Positions 18,657 through 29,168 of a stretch of DNA of 64,000 bases are shown here, in pieces (the stretch's first letter is position 1; each line of letters opens with the position of its first letter). Under the pieces are notes generated by a model, which was given only the letters and a program-made list of their open reading frames with translations, was not told the origin of the DNA and ran no database searches. This stretch comes from Gemmatimonadales bacterium (GTDB lineage Bacteria; Gemmatimonadota; Gemmatimonadetes; Gemmatimonadales; GWC2-71-9). Both the position numbers and the translations under genes were made by a program. The stretch covers positions 1 to 64,000 of the forward strand of contig JBDIWC010000008.1 in the NCBI GenBank assembly GCA_039794085.1, given 5' to 3'.

Positions 18657-19855
18657 TCGGGGGTGACCCACGACTGTGCCATCGCCAGCAGGGTCTCACG
18701 GGTGTTGAGTTGCGGATCGTCCAGAACGGCTTCGAGAAGGCGGGCGAGGATATTCCCCATCGCCGGCCCTGACCCGACGCCCGCTTCCCCTAAGTCGCGG
18801 CCGGTCACTGCGAGATCGGACCGGGACACCGGGTCGCCCCGCTCCCGGACCTCCGCGACGGTGTTCACCCAGATCGGGGGCTCCCCCTCGCGGAGAGTGG
18901 CGAGCGCCACCAGGTCATCGGCCGCCTCCAGGACCTCAGCGAGCCAGCGTCGCACACTTCGGACGGTGGCATCCCCCGGCGCAGCCGGTCCGCGGGACAT
19001 CGCCTCGGCCCGGGAAATCTCCTGACCCGACCCCTTGAGGCGGCGAATCACGGCCCCCGGCTGATCACACAGTGCCGCGGTCAGGATCACGGGATCCCGC
19101 CCCCTCACCACCGGATTCACCTCGAGGGCGGCATCGCCCCGGAGTTCCGGGAGCCAGATCGCCGCCGCTCCCGAATCGCGCCAGAGTTGGACCAGGTCCG
19201 GTATCCGGCGAGCCGTGAGCAGTCCCTTGAACCACTCGTCCCGTACCCGTTCGGCCGAGAGGTGCCGGAGACCATCCACAGCCGCACACGCGGCGCTCCA
19301 GGTGTCGGGCTCGAGGGTGAAGCCGAAGCGGGCGGCGAACCGAAGGCCCCGGAGGATCCGGAGATAGTCCTCCTGGAATCGGCGCGACGGTTCCCCCACG
19401 GCGCGGATCGTCCCGGCGACCAGATCGGAGTACCCGCCGAAAGGATCCTTCCATTCGGAGGTGAGCGGATGGCAGGCCAGCGCATTGAGGGTGAAGTCGC
19501 GCCGAGCGAGATCGTCCTCGAGTGACACGCCAAAGACCACCTGGGCGTGGCGTCCATCGGTCACCACGTCGGCCCGGAACGTCGTGACCTCGTGCAACCT
19601 CCCCTCGGAATCCAGGACCCCCACGGTTCCGAACCGGATCCCGACCGGTACCGTGCGACGGAAGAGGCGCTGCACCACATCGGGGGTGGCGGAGGTGGCC
19701 AGATCGACGTCGGACGCTTCCTCCCCGAGCAGGTGATCCCGCAGCGCCCCTCCCACGCACCAGGTCTCCTGTCCGGCCTCGATGAGCCGCGTGGCGATGC
19801 TCCGAACCGGCTCCGACAGCGGCAGGGGTCCGAGGGGCCTCACCGTGGTTGTCAT
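18653..19855 (-). CDS. cca: CCA tRNA nucleotidyltransferase / poly(A) polymerase family
   Basis: VGGALRD, DVDLAT, RRDFTLNA and EDYLRILR motifs. Confidence 0.9.
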   Translation of the reverse strand: MTTTVRPLGPLPLSEPVRSIATRLIEAGQETWCVGGALRDHLLGEEASDVDLATSATPDVVQRLFRRTVPVGIRFGTVGVLDSEGRLHEVTTFRADVVTDGRHAQVVFGVSLEDDLARRDFTLNALACHPLTSEWKDPFGGYSDLVAGTIRAVGEPSRRFQEDYLRILRGLRFAARFGFTLEPDTWSAACAAVDGLRHLSAERVRDEWFKGLLTARRIPDLVQLWRDSGAAAIWLPELRGDAALEVNPVVRGRDPVILTAALCDQPGAVIRRLKGSGQEISRAEAMSRGPAAPGDATVRSVRRWLAEVLEAADDLVALATLREGEPPIWVNTVAEVRERGDPVSRSDLAVTGRDLGEAGVGSGPAMGNILARLLEAVLDDPQLNTRETLLAMAQSWVTPE

Positions 19856-20820
19856 CCCGCGGTTCCCGTTCCATAGGGCACGCCCGCCGACAGGCACAGG
19901 GCGAGCTCCAGCCGGGCCTGGGCCGCTGTCCGCGGTCCGGCCGGGATCACTCCAAGCGCCAGCAGTTGCCGGCCGCCTCCCTCGAACGCATAGTCCGGAC
20001 CCACCGTGCCCTTCGGGCATTGGCTCGCGAGCACCACCGGTTTGCCCTCGGCCAGCCATCGGGTGATGGCCGGCACGGCGGTCGGCGGGATGTTGCCCCG
20101 GCCGTATCCCGCGACCACAAGGCCGGAACTCCGGGGCCGGACCAGATCGAGGAGGGTCCCATCGTCTCCCAGGGCCATGACCATGAGGGCCACCGGAGCA
20201 TCGCATCCCTGCGCGGGGATCGTTCCTTTCGGGCGGGGCGGCCCGTGAAAGACCACTTCGGCCTCCGTCACGGTCCCCATGACCTGCCCATGAGGCGCCT
20301 GGAAGGTGTCGAGCGCCTCGGTGTGGCCTTTCACGACTTCGGCCCCATCGAAGATCTCTCCCGCCATCGCAACCATGGTTCCTCGTCCCCGACTCGCGTC
20401 GGCCTCGGCCACCCTGACAGCTCCGCGCAGGTTACCCGCGCCATCCGATCCTTCGGCGGATGCGGAACGCATCGCTCCGGTCAGGACGATGGGAATCCCG
20501 GCGTCCACCGTCCGCCGGAGAAGGTAGGCCATCTCGGCCAGGGTATCGGTCCCGTGGGTCACGACGATCCCCGCCACGGCGGGGTCCGAAGCCAGTTGGG
20601 CGATCCGGGTCCGGAGGGCCCACATGCCGGTCGGGCCGTGGTGAACGGACGGCACTCGCTCCCATTCCTCCAGGCGGATGGGGAGGGTGGACGGGAGCGG
20701 ACCGACACTCTCCAGGAGTTCGCTCCCATTCAGGGCGGGGAGATTCCCCCCCGCCGTCGCATCGTACCGCATGGCGATCGTCCCCCCGGTGGTCAGCACC
20801 ACCACGGTGCGAGGGATCAT
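19852..20820 (-). CDS. L-asparaginase
   Basis: TGGTIA and HGTDT catalytic motifs. Confidence 0.92.
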   Translation of the reverse strand: MIPRTVVVLTTGGTIAMRYDATAGGNLPALNGSELLESVGPLPSTLPIRLEEWERVPSVHHGPTGMWALRTRIAQLASDPAVAGIVVTHGTDTLAEMAYLLRRTVDAGIPIVLTGAMRSASAEGSDGAGNLRGAVRVAEADASRGRGTMVAMAGEIFDGAEVVKGHTEALDTFQAPHGQVMGTVTEAEVVFHGPPRPKGTIPAQGCDAPVALMVMALGDDGTLLDLVRPRSSGLVVAGYGRGNIPPTAVPAITRWLAEGKPVVLASQCPKGTVGPDYAFEGGGRQLLALGVIPAGPRTAAQARLELALCLSAGVPYGTGTAG

Positions 20821-21572
20821 CCCGCCAGCACGCTCCCTCCATTGACGCTGACCACCGAGCCGGTCATGTGCCGGGCCAGGTCGCTGGCCAGGAAGACAAT
20901 CGGACCGGCGATATCCTCGGGCGTGGCGATCCGGCCGAGAGGAATTCCAACAAGGGCACGGGTTCTCTCCGGACCGGTGAGCGCCTCGGTGGTCATCTCG
21001 GTGTCGACCCATCCCGGGGCCACGCAGTTCACGGTCAGGTCAGGGGCACATTCGACGGCCAGCGACCGGGTCAGGGCGAGGAGGGCGCCTTTGGTGGCGG
21101 CGTAGTCGGCGTGGCCTCCCTCCCCCCGCTGTCCCGCGGTGCTCCCCACGAGGATGATCCGACCGGTTCCCGGACGGAGCACAGGGAGAGCCGCCCGAAC
21201 CGTGTGAAACACCGCATCGAGGTTGGACCGGCAGGTGGACGCCCACTGCTCAGGGTGCATTTCACGCAAGGGGACAGCCCTCGGGGGCCAGACCCCCGCG
21301 TTGACCACCAGAATGTCGAGTCCCCCGAACGCGGTGGTCACTTCCCGGATCACCCGCGGCATGGTGTCCGGGTCTCCATGGTCTCCCATTCCCACGAAGG
21401 CCCTGCGGCCACGCCCCCGAATCTCCTGGGCGACCGCTTCGGCATCCGCCCTCCGGCTGCGACAGGTGACTCCCACGTCCGCACCCGCCTCGGCCAACAT
21501 CAGCGCCGTGGCCCGCCCGATCCCCCGCGAGCCCCCCGTGACCAGCGCGGTCCGGCCCTCAAGCACGATCAT
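20817..21572 (-). CDS. Short-chain dehydrogenase/reductase (FabG-like)
   Basis: TGGSRGIG, VNAG and YAATK motifs. Confidence 0.9.
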   Translation of the reverse strand: MIVLEGRTALVTGGSRGIGRATALMLAEAGADVGVTCRSRRADAEAVAQEIRGRGRRAFVGMGDHGDPDTMPRVIREVTTAFGGLDILVVNAGVWPPRAVPLREMHPEQWASTCRSNLDAVFHTVRAALPVLRPGTGRIILVGSTAGQRGEGGHADYAATKGALLALTRSLAVECAPDLTVNCVAPGWVDTEMTTEALTGPERTRALVGIPLGRIATPEDIAGPIVFLASDLARHMTGSVVSVNGGSVLAG

Positions 21573-22176
21573 CGAGACTCCTCGCGGAAGGGTCAGTGAC
21601 CAAGGCACTCTCCAGATATTCCGCAATGGCATGCTGGACAGCGAGGTGCAGCTCCTGGATGCGTCCGGGCGAGCTTCCCGGCACCTTCACGGTCAGATCG
21701 GCAAGATCGCCCAGGGGGCCTCCCTCGCCACCCAGGAAGGCGATCACCGTCAGGCCCGATTCCCGAGCCACCCGGGCGGCGTGGAGCAGGTTGGGACTCT
21801 TCCCGGAGGTGCTGTGGAGAATCAGGACATCTCCCGATCGTCCGAGAGCCTCCACCTGACGGGCAAAGACCTGGTCGAAGCCGAGATCGTTCGCGGCCGC
21901 GGTGAGCAGAGAGGAGTCCGTCGTCAGGGCCACCGCCCGCATCGGGGGTCGGTGACGGGCGTACCGCACCACGTACTCCGCCGCCAGATGCTGGGCATCC
22001 GCGGCGCTCCCGCCATTCCCCGCAAACCAGAGCGTGGCCCCCGAGGCGAGCGCCATGTGGTACCGCTCGGCGACTTCGCCGCACGTCTCCGGCATCCCGG
22101 CCAGGGTCATCGCGTTCTCCGCCAGGGAGCGAAGGGCGGCCGCCACGTGGGCTGCGGGACCGGCACGAGGGGACAT
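21559..22176 (-). CDS. gmhA: Sedoheptulose-7-phosphate isomerase
   Basis: GNGGSAADAQH, STSGKSPN and IQELH motifs. Confidence 0.9.
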   Translation of the reverse strand: MSPRAGPAAHVAAALRSLAENAMTLAGMPETCGEVAERYHMALASGATLWFAGNGGSAADAQHLAAEYVVRYARHRPPMRAVALTTDSSLLTAAANDLGFDQVFARQVEALGRSGDVLILHSTSGKSPNLLHAARVARESGLTVIAFLGGEGGPLGDLADLTVKVPGSSPGRIQELHLAVQHAIAEYLESALVTDPSARSLDDRA

Positions 22177-22180
22177 GGGG

Positions 22181-22942
22181 TCAGCCGTCCTCATCCAGCA
22201 GGGTGCGAACGCGGGTGAGAATCGAGGTGCGGATCGACACGGGGGGAACGGGGTCCACCGTCTGATCGGCCAGGATGGCGGCGGGGTTCCGGATGAGCAG
22301 GAGGTCCGCTTCCGCTCCCGCGCGCTGGGCATCGAGCCGATCGCGGGCGGATCCCAGCGTGCGGTCATCGCCATGATTGTCGGCGGCGAGAACATCCACG
22401 ACACCGGCGGCCAGCAGGGCCCGGGCCCGGGCTCCACGCCCGGTGGGGCGCCAGGGGGTTGTGGCATCCACCTGCATCAGCGCTCCCAGACCGCGCCAGT
22501 GGGTGACCGCAGCCACACTGCATCCGGTGTAGCGCTCCGGATGGGCGACCAGAGGGACACATCCCAACTTGACCACATGGGCCACGGCGCTCGCCACGGT
22601 TGTGGCGGATGCGAGACGGGTGAATTCGATGAGCAGGTATCGGGTGCCACCCAACCGCAGTGACGGGTTCGCCGCGCCCCCCGGAGTCAGAGGACGATCC
22701 ATCATCAGCTCGACTCCCCGGGAAAGGGTGGCCTCCGCCGGTGCCCGCGCGCGCAAGGCTTCAAACGCGGTGTCGTGGGCCTCGGGGATGCCCTTCTCGG
22801 CACGGCTGGCACTCAGGTGCGGGGTGAGGCAGACTCCGGTCACCCCTTCGGACACCATGCGGGTGAGGACCCTCACGGACTGTTCCACTGACCGTGAGCC
22901 GTCATCCACGCCGGGGAGGAGATGGCAATGAAGGTCGATCAT
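22181..22942 (-). CDS. CpsB/CapC-family PHP tyrosine phosphatase
   Basis: MIDLHCHLLPGVDDG, TPH and AHPERY motifs. Confidence 0.9.
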   Translation of the reverse strand: MIDLHCHLLPGVDDGSRSVEQSVRVLTRMVSEGVTGVCLTPHLSASRAEKGIPEAHDTAFEALRARAPAEATLSRGVELMMDRPLTPGGAANPSLRLGGTRYLLIEFTRLASATTVASAVAHVVKLGCVPLVAHPERYTGCSVAAVTHWRGLGALMQVDATTPWRPTGRGARARALLAAGVVDVLAADNHGDDRTLGSARDRLDAQRAGAEADLLLIRNPAAILADQTVDPVPPVSIRTSILTRVRTLLDEDG

Positions 22943-23256
22943 CCCGGCTCCGCGGGACGTCGCGTGGTGCGGGCGAACCGGGCGAGCGACCCCGGAGAGA
23001 GCTCGGCGCACGCCTCCATCGCAAAGGTGACGAGAGCATCCGCGGCCAGCAGGTCGAGAGCCACGGGGCGGTTCCCCTCCGAGGCCGTCACATGGTCGAG
23101 GGCAACCCGCCCAGCCCGGGCCAGGACCTCGGGAACCGTCCCATCCTCGCCGTCCTCTCCGCAGTCCACTCTGTCCAGCCACAACCGCACCCGGCTGAAC
23201 AAGTCGGGGGGGGCTCCGTCCCGGCGCTGTTCGAGCCACTCCGCCGCGGCCCTCAT
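22939..23256 (-). CDS. Hypothetical protein
   Basis: ATGA overlaps with both neighbours; ALDLLAADALVTFAME. Confidence 0.7.
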   Translation of the reverse strand: MRAAAEWLEQRRDGAPPDLFSRVRLWLDRVDCGEDGEDGTVPEVLARAGRVALDHVTASEGNRPVALDLLAADALVTFAMEACAELSPGSLARFARTTRRPAEPG

Positions 23257-25874
23257 GGAGTTGCCAACCACTCCGTCACGAGGTCCGGAATGGATGCTTC
23301 CACCGCGCCCAGGGCCGTCGGGTTCCCGGCACCCGCCGACGCGAAGGTGGGACGTCCCCCCCCCTTCCCCCCACTGATGGCCGCCAATCGGGACACCAGG
23401 TCCCCCGCCTTCCACCCGCGCTGGACCAGATCATCGGTCACGGCCACGTGAATGGCGCCCCGCTCGGCACGGTTGAGAAGAATCAGCACTCCCTTGGAAC
23501 GACCGTTGCGGAACCGATCTGCCACCGCGCCGAGTTCATTGCGGTCCTCGAGGTCGGTGGCGCCGTGCTGCACCTCGATTCCCGAGATGGACAGCGTGTT
23601 GAGGGAGACCGGCCCCGCCCCATCGCGCCGGGCCTCCGCCTGACGCTTCGCGAGCCGGTCCCGCTCGGCGATGAGGTGCTCAATCCGGGGCACGACCTGT
23701 TCGGGCCGAGTCCGCAGCAACTCTGCCGCGGTGGCGATCCGGTGGTCCATCTCCTGCACGAGATCCCAGGCTCGCGGACCGGTCACCGCCTCGATCCGGC
23801 GCACTCCCGCGGCGACACCGCCCTGGGACGAGAAGCGGAAGACACCCAACGCTCCCGTGCTGCTCACGTGGGTTCCCCCGCAGAGCTCGATCGAATCCCC
23901 CATCTGCACCACGCGCACGACGTCCCCATACTTGTCCGCAAAGAATGCCATGGCCCCGAGCCTCAGCGCATCCGGATAGGGCATTTCCCGGGTCACCACG
24001 GGATCGTTGGCCCAGACGCGCTCGTTCACCTCGTGCTCGATCTCGGCCAGCTGCTCACCGGCCACCGGCTCATGATGGGAAAAGTCGAAGCGGAGGCGGT
24101 CCGGCTCCACCAACGATCCCTGTTGACGGACATGGTCCCCGAGGCGTGCGCGGAGCACCCGGTGGACCAGATGCGTGGCACTGTGATTTCGCTCGATGTT
24201 CCGGCGCCGCCCCTCGTCCACCAGCGCCACCACGGGAGTGGGTTCGAAGGCCCCGTTCCAGGGGCCGCTCACCGCGGTCCCGCGCTCGGTGCGCGTCACC
24301 CGATCCACCACCAACCGCCATCCCTCCCCCTCGATCACACCGGTGTCGCTCACCTGTCCCCCCGACTCAAGGTAGAACGGGTTGTGATGCAGCACGAGCT
24401 CGAGACGGCCCTCCTCGTGCCGGTGGGCCAGGAGGTCGGTTTCGGCCCGGACATCGGTGTAGCCCACGAATCGTTGCCGAGCCCGGGATCTCTTGATCCA
24501 GGTGACGGAAGACGTCGCGGTGGGCCGCCGGGGGGACCCCGCCGCCGTGAGCCGGGCGGACCGGGAGCGGGAACGCTGGGACTCGAGGGCCGCTTCGAAC
24601 CCCTCGAGGTCGACCCCGACCCCGCGTTCGCCGGCAATCAGTTGGGTCAGGTCGACGGGGAAGCCGAAGGTGTCATACAAACGGAAGGTCTCCTCTCCCG
24701 GGATGGTCGGAAGGCCCGAGGCGATGAGGTCATCGAGCCGGGTGAGTCCTCCCTCGATGGTGTCGAGAAACCGTTGCTCCTCGGTGGCCACCACGTCATG
24801 AATGAACGATCGCTTCTCAACAATCTCTGGATAGGTGGGCCCCAGAAGGTCCACCACCACCGCGGTGAGGGGCGCCAGGGTGGCCTCGCGGCGGCCCAGC
24901 AACCATGCGTGACGCACGGCACGGCGCAGAATCCGCCGAAGGACGTATCCCCGGCCCTCATTCCCGGGATAGACCCCGTCCGCCAGCAGGAAGGTCACCG
25001 CCCGGGCGTGATCGGCCAGCACCCGGAAGGAGGCTCCCTCCCCCGCCATCGACCGCGGGTAGGGACGGCCAATCAGGCGCGAGACCTCCTCCAGCAGGGG
25101 CAGGAAGAGGTCGGTGTGGAAGTTGTCATCCTCCCCCTGCATGACGGCCGCGATCCGTTCCAATCCGGCGCCCGTGTCCACCGATGGCCGGGGGAGCGGT
25201 GTCAACACCCCGTTGGCACTCCGGTCGAACTGCATGAAGACCAGGTTCCAGATCTCCAGGAACCGTCCCCCCTCGGCGAGGGCCTCGAACTCCTCTCGGG
25301 TATGGGTCACGGACGGGGATCCGGGCGACCATTCGAGATCGACGAAGATCTCCGAACAGGGCCCGCACGGTCCCGTGTCCCCCATCTGCCAGAAGTTATC
25401 GGCGTCGCCCAGGCCATAAATCCGGTCCAGGGGAAGTCCCGTCACCTCGTGCCAGAGCCGGCGGGCCTCGTCGTCCTCCTGGTGCACGGTCACCCGGAGC
25501 CGGTCGGGAGGAAGGTTCAGCCACTCCGCGCCGGTCACGAATTCCCAGGCGTACTCGATCGCCTCGCGCTTGAAGTAGTCGCCGAAGGAGAAGTTCCCCA
25601 GCATCTCGAAAAAGGTGTGATGCCGTCGCGTGAGGCCAACCTGTTCCAGGTCGTTGTGCTTTCCCCCGGCTCGCACGCACTTCTGGCAGGAGACGGCTCG
25701 GCGATAGGGGCGCTGGTCCTGTCCCAGGAAGGTGCGTTTGAACTGCACCATCCCCGCGTTGGTGAAGAGAAGCGTCGGATCATCGGCGGGAACGAGGGGC
25801 GCACTGGGAACATCGGTGTGACCCCGCTCCCGGAAAAACTCGGCAAAGCGGCGGCGAATGGTGGCAGAATCCAT
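23253..25874 (-). CDS. alaS: Alanine--tRNA ligase
   Basis: LLFTNAGM, HHTFFEMLGNFSFGDYFK, HSATHL, ELCGGTH and GGKGGG motifs. Confidence 0.97.
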   Translation of the reverse strand: MDSATIRRRFAEFFRERGHTDVPSAPLVPADDPTLLFTNAGMVQFKRTFLGQDQRPYRRAVSCQKCVRAGGKHNDLEQVGLTRRHHTFFEMLGNFSFGDYFKREAIEYAWEFVTGAEWLNLPPDRLRVTVHQEDDEARRLWHEVTGLPLDRIYGLGDADNFWQMGDTGPCGPCSEIFVDLEWSPGSPSVTHTREEFEALAEGGRFLEIWNLVFMQFDRSANGVLTPLPRPSVDTGAGLERIAAVMQGEDDNFHTDLFLPLLEEVSRLIGRPYPRSMAGEGASFRVLADHARAVTFLLADGVYPGNEGRGYVLRRILRRAVRHAWLLGRREATLAPLTAVVVDLLGPTYPEIVEKRSFIHDVVATEEQRFLDTIEGGLTRLDDLIASGLPTIPGEETFRLYDTFGFPVDLTQLIAGERGVGVDLEGFEAALESQRSRSRSARLTAAGSPRRPTATSSVTWIKRSRARQRFVGYTDVRAETDLLAHRHEEGRLELVLHHNPFYLESGGQVSDTGVIEGEGWRLVVDRVTRTERGTAVSGPWNGAFEPTPVVALVDEGRRRNIERNHSATHLVHRVLRARLGDHVRQQGSLVEPDRLRFDFSHHEPVAGEQLAEIEHEVNERVWANDPVVTREMPYPDALRLGAMAFFADKYGDVVRVVQMGDSIELCGGTHVSSTGALGVFRFSSQGGVAAGVRRIEAVTGPRAWDLVQEMDHRIATAAELLRTRPEQVVPRIEHLIAERDRLAKRQAEARRDGAGPVSLNTLSISGIEVQHGATDLEDRNELGAVADRFRNGRSKGVLILLNRAERGAIHVAVTDDLVQRGWKAGDLVSRLAAISGGKGGGRPTFASAGAGNPTALGAVEASIPDLVTEWLATP

Positions 25875-26000
25875 GGCCTGAATATAGGGGGAACCGGGCG
25901 TCATGTACCATCCGGCACGGGGGAAGTTTTGAAGTTCGAAGTTGCGGGTTCAGGGGACCGACTGAACGCAAGGTCGCGGGAGCACCGGGGCCAACAGAGG

Positions 26001-26084
26001 AACCACGAAAACCACGAAAACCACGAAAGGCACGAACGGAAGCCCTGCCCACCCCTTTCGTGTCCTTTCGTGACTTTCGTGGTT
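26001..26084. repeat. Hairpin built from 9-bp periodic CACGAA / TTCGTG repeats
   Basis: Four CACGAA units at 9-bp spacing, then three TTTCGTG units; intergenic between recX and alaS. Confidence 0.75.
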
Positions 26085-26121
26085 GAATCTCTTCGTCCGA
26101 TGGACTGCCTCCCGGAGGGAA

Positions 26122-26763
26122 CTACGGCTGCAACACCTCCCGCACCACCTTCCCCACCTGAGTTCCGGAGTACCCCCGGCGAGCCAGGTAGGCCGTGAGG
26201 CGCCGGATCTGAGTGCGGCGGGGGAGTCCCCGTACCTGACCCGCCCGGCGGGATGCCAACTCCCGGAGCTTCTCGCCCTCGACCTCCTCCGGGGGTGCAT
26301 CCATCCTCAGCGCGCGCTCCACCAGGCCCGGATCGACCCCCCGGGCCAGGAGATCCCTGCGAAGGCGAGCAGGACCGTGACCCCGCTCCCGCCGGACCCG
26401 CACATACGTTTCCGCGAACTCCTGATCATCGAGGAGCCCCAGGGAGGCGGCCCTGGCCACCGCCTCCTCGGAGGCCTCGGGGGGGTGCCCCCGATGGACC
26501 AGGCGGCGGCAGAGCTCCTCCATGGCGTAGGGCCGACGCGCCAGAGCACGCAGAGCCGCCCGGAGTGCCGCCTCCGCATCCGCGGCCCGGCAGAGCCGCG
26601 CGTGCAGGGGGTCGGTCAGCACCATCCCTTCGGTCAGCCCCTCCTCCCTCACCACGGTCGCCGCCACGGTCAACAAGGGTCTGCCCTCCACACAGAGCTG
26701 GACGCTCCCCGCCCGGCGCGGATCCGGTACCAGACCGGTCAGAACCGGTTCATCACTCTCCAT
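26122..26763 (-). CDS. recX: Regulatory protein RecX
   Basis: Directly downstream of rec[25 protein letters not shown] and YLARRGY motifs. Confidence 0.9.
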   Translation of the reverse strand: MESDEPVLTGLVPDPRRAGSVQLCVEGRPLLTVAATVVREEGLTEGMVLTDPLHARLCRAADAEAALRAALRALARRPYAMEELCRRLVHRGHPPEASEEAVARAASLGLLDDQEFAETYVRVRRERGHGPARLRRDLLARGVDPGLVERALRMDAPPEEVEGEKLRELASRRAGQVRGLPRRTQIRRLTAYLARRGYSGTQVGKVVREVLQP

Positions 26764-27811
26764 CACCCTCGTCACCACCCGGGACGGCCTTGATGCCCAG
26801 GAATTCCTTCACCCGCACCTCGATCTCGGCCATCATGTCGGGGTTGTCTTTCAGGAACATTTTGGCATTCTCCCGCCCCTGGCCAATGCGCTGGTCGCCA
26901 TAGGAGTACCACGCTCCGGATTTCTGCACGATATTGGCCTCGGCCGCGAGGTCGACCAGGAGCGAGGCATGGCTGATTCCCTCGTCGAACATGATGTCGA
27001 ATTCGGCCTGCCGGAAGGGGGGCGCGACCTTGTTCTTGACCACCTTCACCCGCACATGATTGCCCACCACGGTTTCCCGGTCCTTGACCGGTCCGATCCG
27101 CCGGATGTCGAGCCGAAGCGAGGCGTAGAACTTGAGGGCCTTCCCACCGGTGGTCGTTTCGGGGCTCCCGAACATCACGCCGATCTTTTCCCGGAGCTGG
27201 TTGATGAACACCACCGCACAGCGGGAACGGTTGATCGAACCGGCCAGCTTCCGGAGCGCCTGGCTCATGAGGCGCGCCTGGAGACCCACATGGCTGTCCC
27301 CCATCTCCCCCTCGATCTCCGCCTTCGGCACCAGGGCCGCGACCGAGTCGATCACCACGAGGTCCACCGCCCCGGACCGGACCAGGATGTCGACGATCTC
27401 CAGTCCCTGTTCCCCCGTGTCCGGCTGCGACACGAGCAGATTGTCCACGTCCACCCCGAGCTTTCGGGCATAGTCCACGTCGAGGGCATGCTCCGCGTCG
27501 ACATAGGCCGCCACACCCCCCGCCTTCTGCACGTTGGCCGCCAGATGGAGGGTGAGGGTGGTCTTGCCCGACGACTCCGGCCCGTAGATCTCGGTGATCC
27601 GCCCCCGAGGGACTCCGCCCACTCCGGTGGCGGCATCGAGGTTGATGGCCCCGGTCGGGATTGCAGCCACCTTTTCGCGAGGACTGTCCGACCCCATCCG
27701 CATGATGGCTCCCTTCCCCAGGGTCTTCTCGATCTGGGCGATGGCAAGGCCCAGCGCCTTCTTGCGAGCCGGGTCCGTGGTTACCTGGGTTACCGTGGTT
27801 TCGTCCGCCAT
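26753..27811 (-). CDS. recA: Recombinase RecA
   Basis: [21 protein letters not shown] and [10 protein letters not shown] motifs. Confidence 0.98.
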   Translation of the reverse strand: MADETTVTQVTTDPARKKALGLAIAQIEKTLGKGAIMRMGSDSPREKVAAIPTGAINLDAATGVGGVPRGRITEIYGPESSGKTTLTLHLAANVQKAGGVAAYVDAEHALDVDYARKLGVDVDNLLVSQPDTGEQGLEIVDILVRSGAVDLVVIDSVAALVPKAEIEGEMGDSHVGLQARLMSQALRKLAGSINRSRCAVVFINQLREKIGVMFGSPETTTGGKALKFYASLRLDIRRIGPVKDRETVVGNHVRVKVVKNKVAPPFRQAEFDIMFDEGISHASLLVDLAAEANIVQKSGAWYSYGDQRIGQGRENAKMFLKDNPDMMAEIEVRVKEFLGIKAVPGGDEGDGE

Positions 27812-27879
27812 GGGGTGGTTCCTTCTGATAAAATGTGACCGATTTTGCTTCACTCGAAGACGCAATACAATCTACTACC

Positions 27880-27894
27880 GAACATTATCCGAAA
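27880..27894 (-). promoter_or_regulatory. Possible LexA box (GTTC-N7-GTTC type, one mismatch) overlapping the recA -10 element
   Basis: Minus strand TTTC-GGATAAT-GTTC about 70 bp upstream of recA. Confidence 0.4.
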
Positions 27895-27918
27895 CAAGGG
27901 GGCATTTTGACACCGCCC

Positions 27919-28323
27919 CTACCACTCGCCCAGCCGCCAGGCATCGGGAACGTGCTCCACCTCCATCCCCCCGCTCCGGGTGGGTGTCACGCCTACCAGG
28001 TCGAACCGGTAGCTGTCCCCCGGTCGGCCGAACCGAAGGCACCAGAGGGCGGCCACTCGGCCCAGGCGTTCCCGTTTCTGCCGGCCCACCGCCTCGAGCG
28101 GGGTTCCGCAGGTGTCCGTTCGGCGGGTCTTGACCTCCACGAACGCCACCTGGCTCCCCTTTCGCACCACCAGATCGAGGTCATACCGGCCGAGCTTGAA
28201 CCGGTGAGCCTCGATGGACCAGCCATTGGCGGTGAACCAGGCGAGGGCCTCCTGCTCTCCGGCGAGGCCGAGCTTCTGGCGTTCGTCTTCCCATTCGGCC
28301 TGGGGGGTGAACTTGCGTGTCAT
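27919..28323 (-). CDS. yraN: YraN family (UPF0102) nuclease
   Basis: GLAGEQEA, DLDLV, FVEVKTR and YRFDLV motifs. Confidence 0.9.
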   Translation of the reverse strand: MTRKFTPQAEWEDERQKLGLAGEQEALAWFTANGWSIEAHRFKLGRYDLDLVVRKGSQVAFVEVKTRRTDTCGTPLEAVGRQKRERLGRVAALWCLRFGRPGDSYRFDLVGVTPTRSGGMEVEHVPDAWRLGEW

Positions 28324-28651
28324 GGGAACAACTTCGCACCCTGACACGCGGCGCGCGGATCGAAGTACGGCGAGCCGGGTCCAGAAGACGCGAGACCGAC
28401 CCGGCCGATTGTCGCGTCGACCGATCGTGTCGATATGACACACAATTGAGCCTTTCGACACGTGTCGCTTCGACACCTCGACGAACCGACAGGACTCCTT
28501 CTGCTCCAGAAGGATTTACCCGACTTGCAGTTCGCGTTCCGGTGGCTCGTTTCTTTCATGGTACCGATCATGCAGAGGTGCAGTCTGAAGCATGTGAAGT
28601 CTTGCGGACCATGCCGTTGGTGGCAGTCGTCCCTACGGAACGGAGGTGTCG

Positions 28652-29074
28652 ATGCGATTTCACCCTCTCCTGGCCGCCTTGCTTTCCAGTACAACGATCT
28701 TCGCGTGTTCGAGCGACCCACAGGGGCCGACGCTGTCACCGCCCGATTTCTCGACGAGGCCGGTCAGGCCGGGTGTCGATCCGATCCCGGCATTGCGCGC
28801 CGCCGGCGAAGTGGGGACGATCGTCGTGGAGGGCGCCATGAATACACCGGAGCCTTGCTATGATTTCCGTGCGTCGGTGGATTCACGGGCCGGTCGAGTC
28901 TCTCTCGAAATAGTCGCCGCCCGGCAGCCGGTCTTGTGCCCCGCCGTGATCGCAGCCTTCGCCTATGAAACCATTCTCCGCCGCGTCGCTCCGGGCTCCT
29001 ACTCTGTTCTCGTCACCCACGTCCTTGACGGCCGCCGCAGCCAGGTACTGGAATCCGTGGTCACGGTCCGTTGA
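28652..29074 (+). CDS. Hypothetical lipoprotein
   Basis: GGAGG RBS, signal peptide ending IFAC; TPEPCY and CPAVI Cys pair. Confidence 0.65.
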   Translation: MRFHPLLAALLSSTTIFACSSDPQGPTLSPPDFSTRPVRPGVDPIPALRAAGEVGTIVVEGAMNTPEPCYDFRASVDSRAGRVSLEIVAARQPVLCPAVIAAFAYETILRRVAPGSYSVLVTHVLDGRRSQVLESVVTVR

Positions 29075-29168
29075 GTGTCCTCCAATACGACCGTGGCTTG
29101 CGGCGTAGGATTGAACCGCGAAGAGCGCCAAGGACGCGAAGCCTTCGAACTTCGAACTTCGAACTTCC

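Noticed and set aside
28652..29074. Lipoprotein gene as an integron cassette
   Set aside because: No recognisable attC after the stop and no complementary cassette ends
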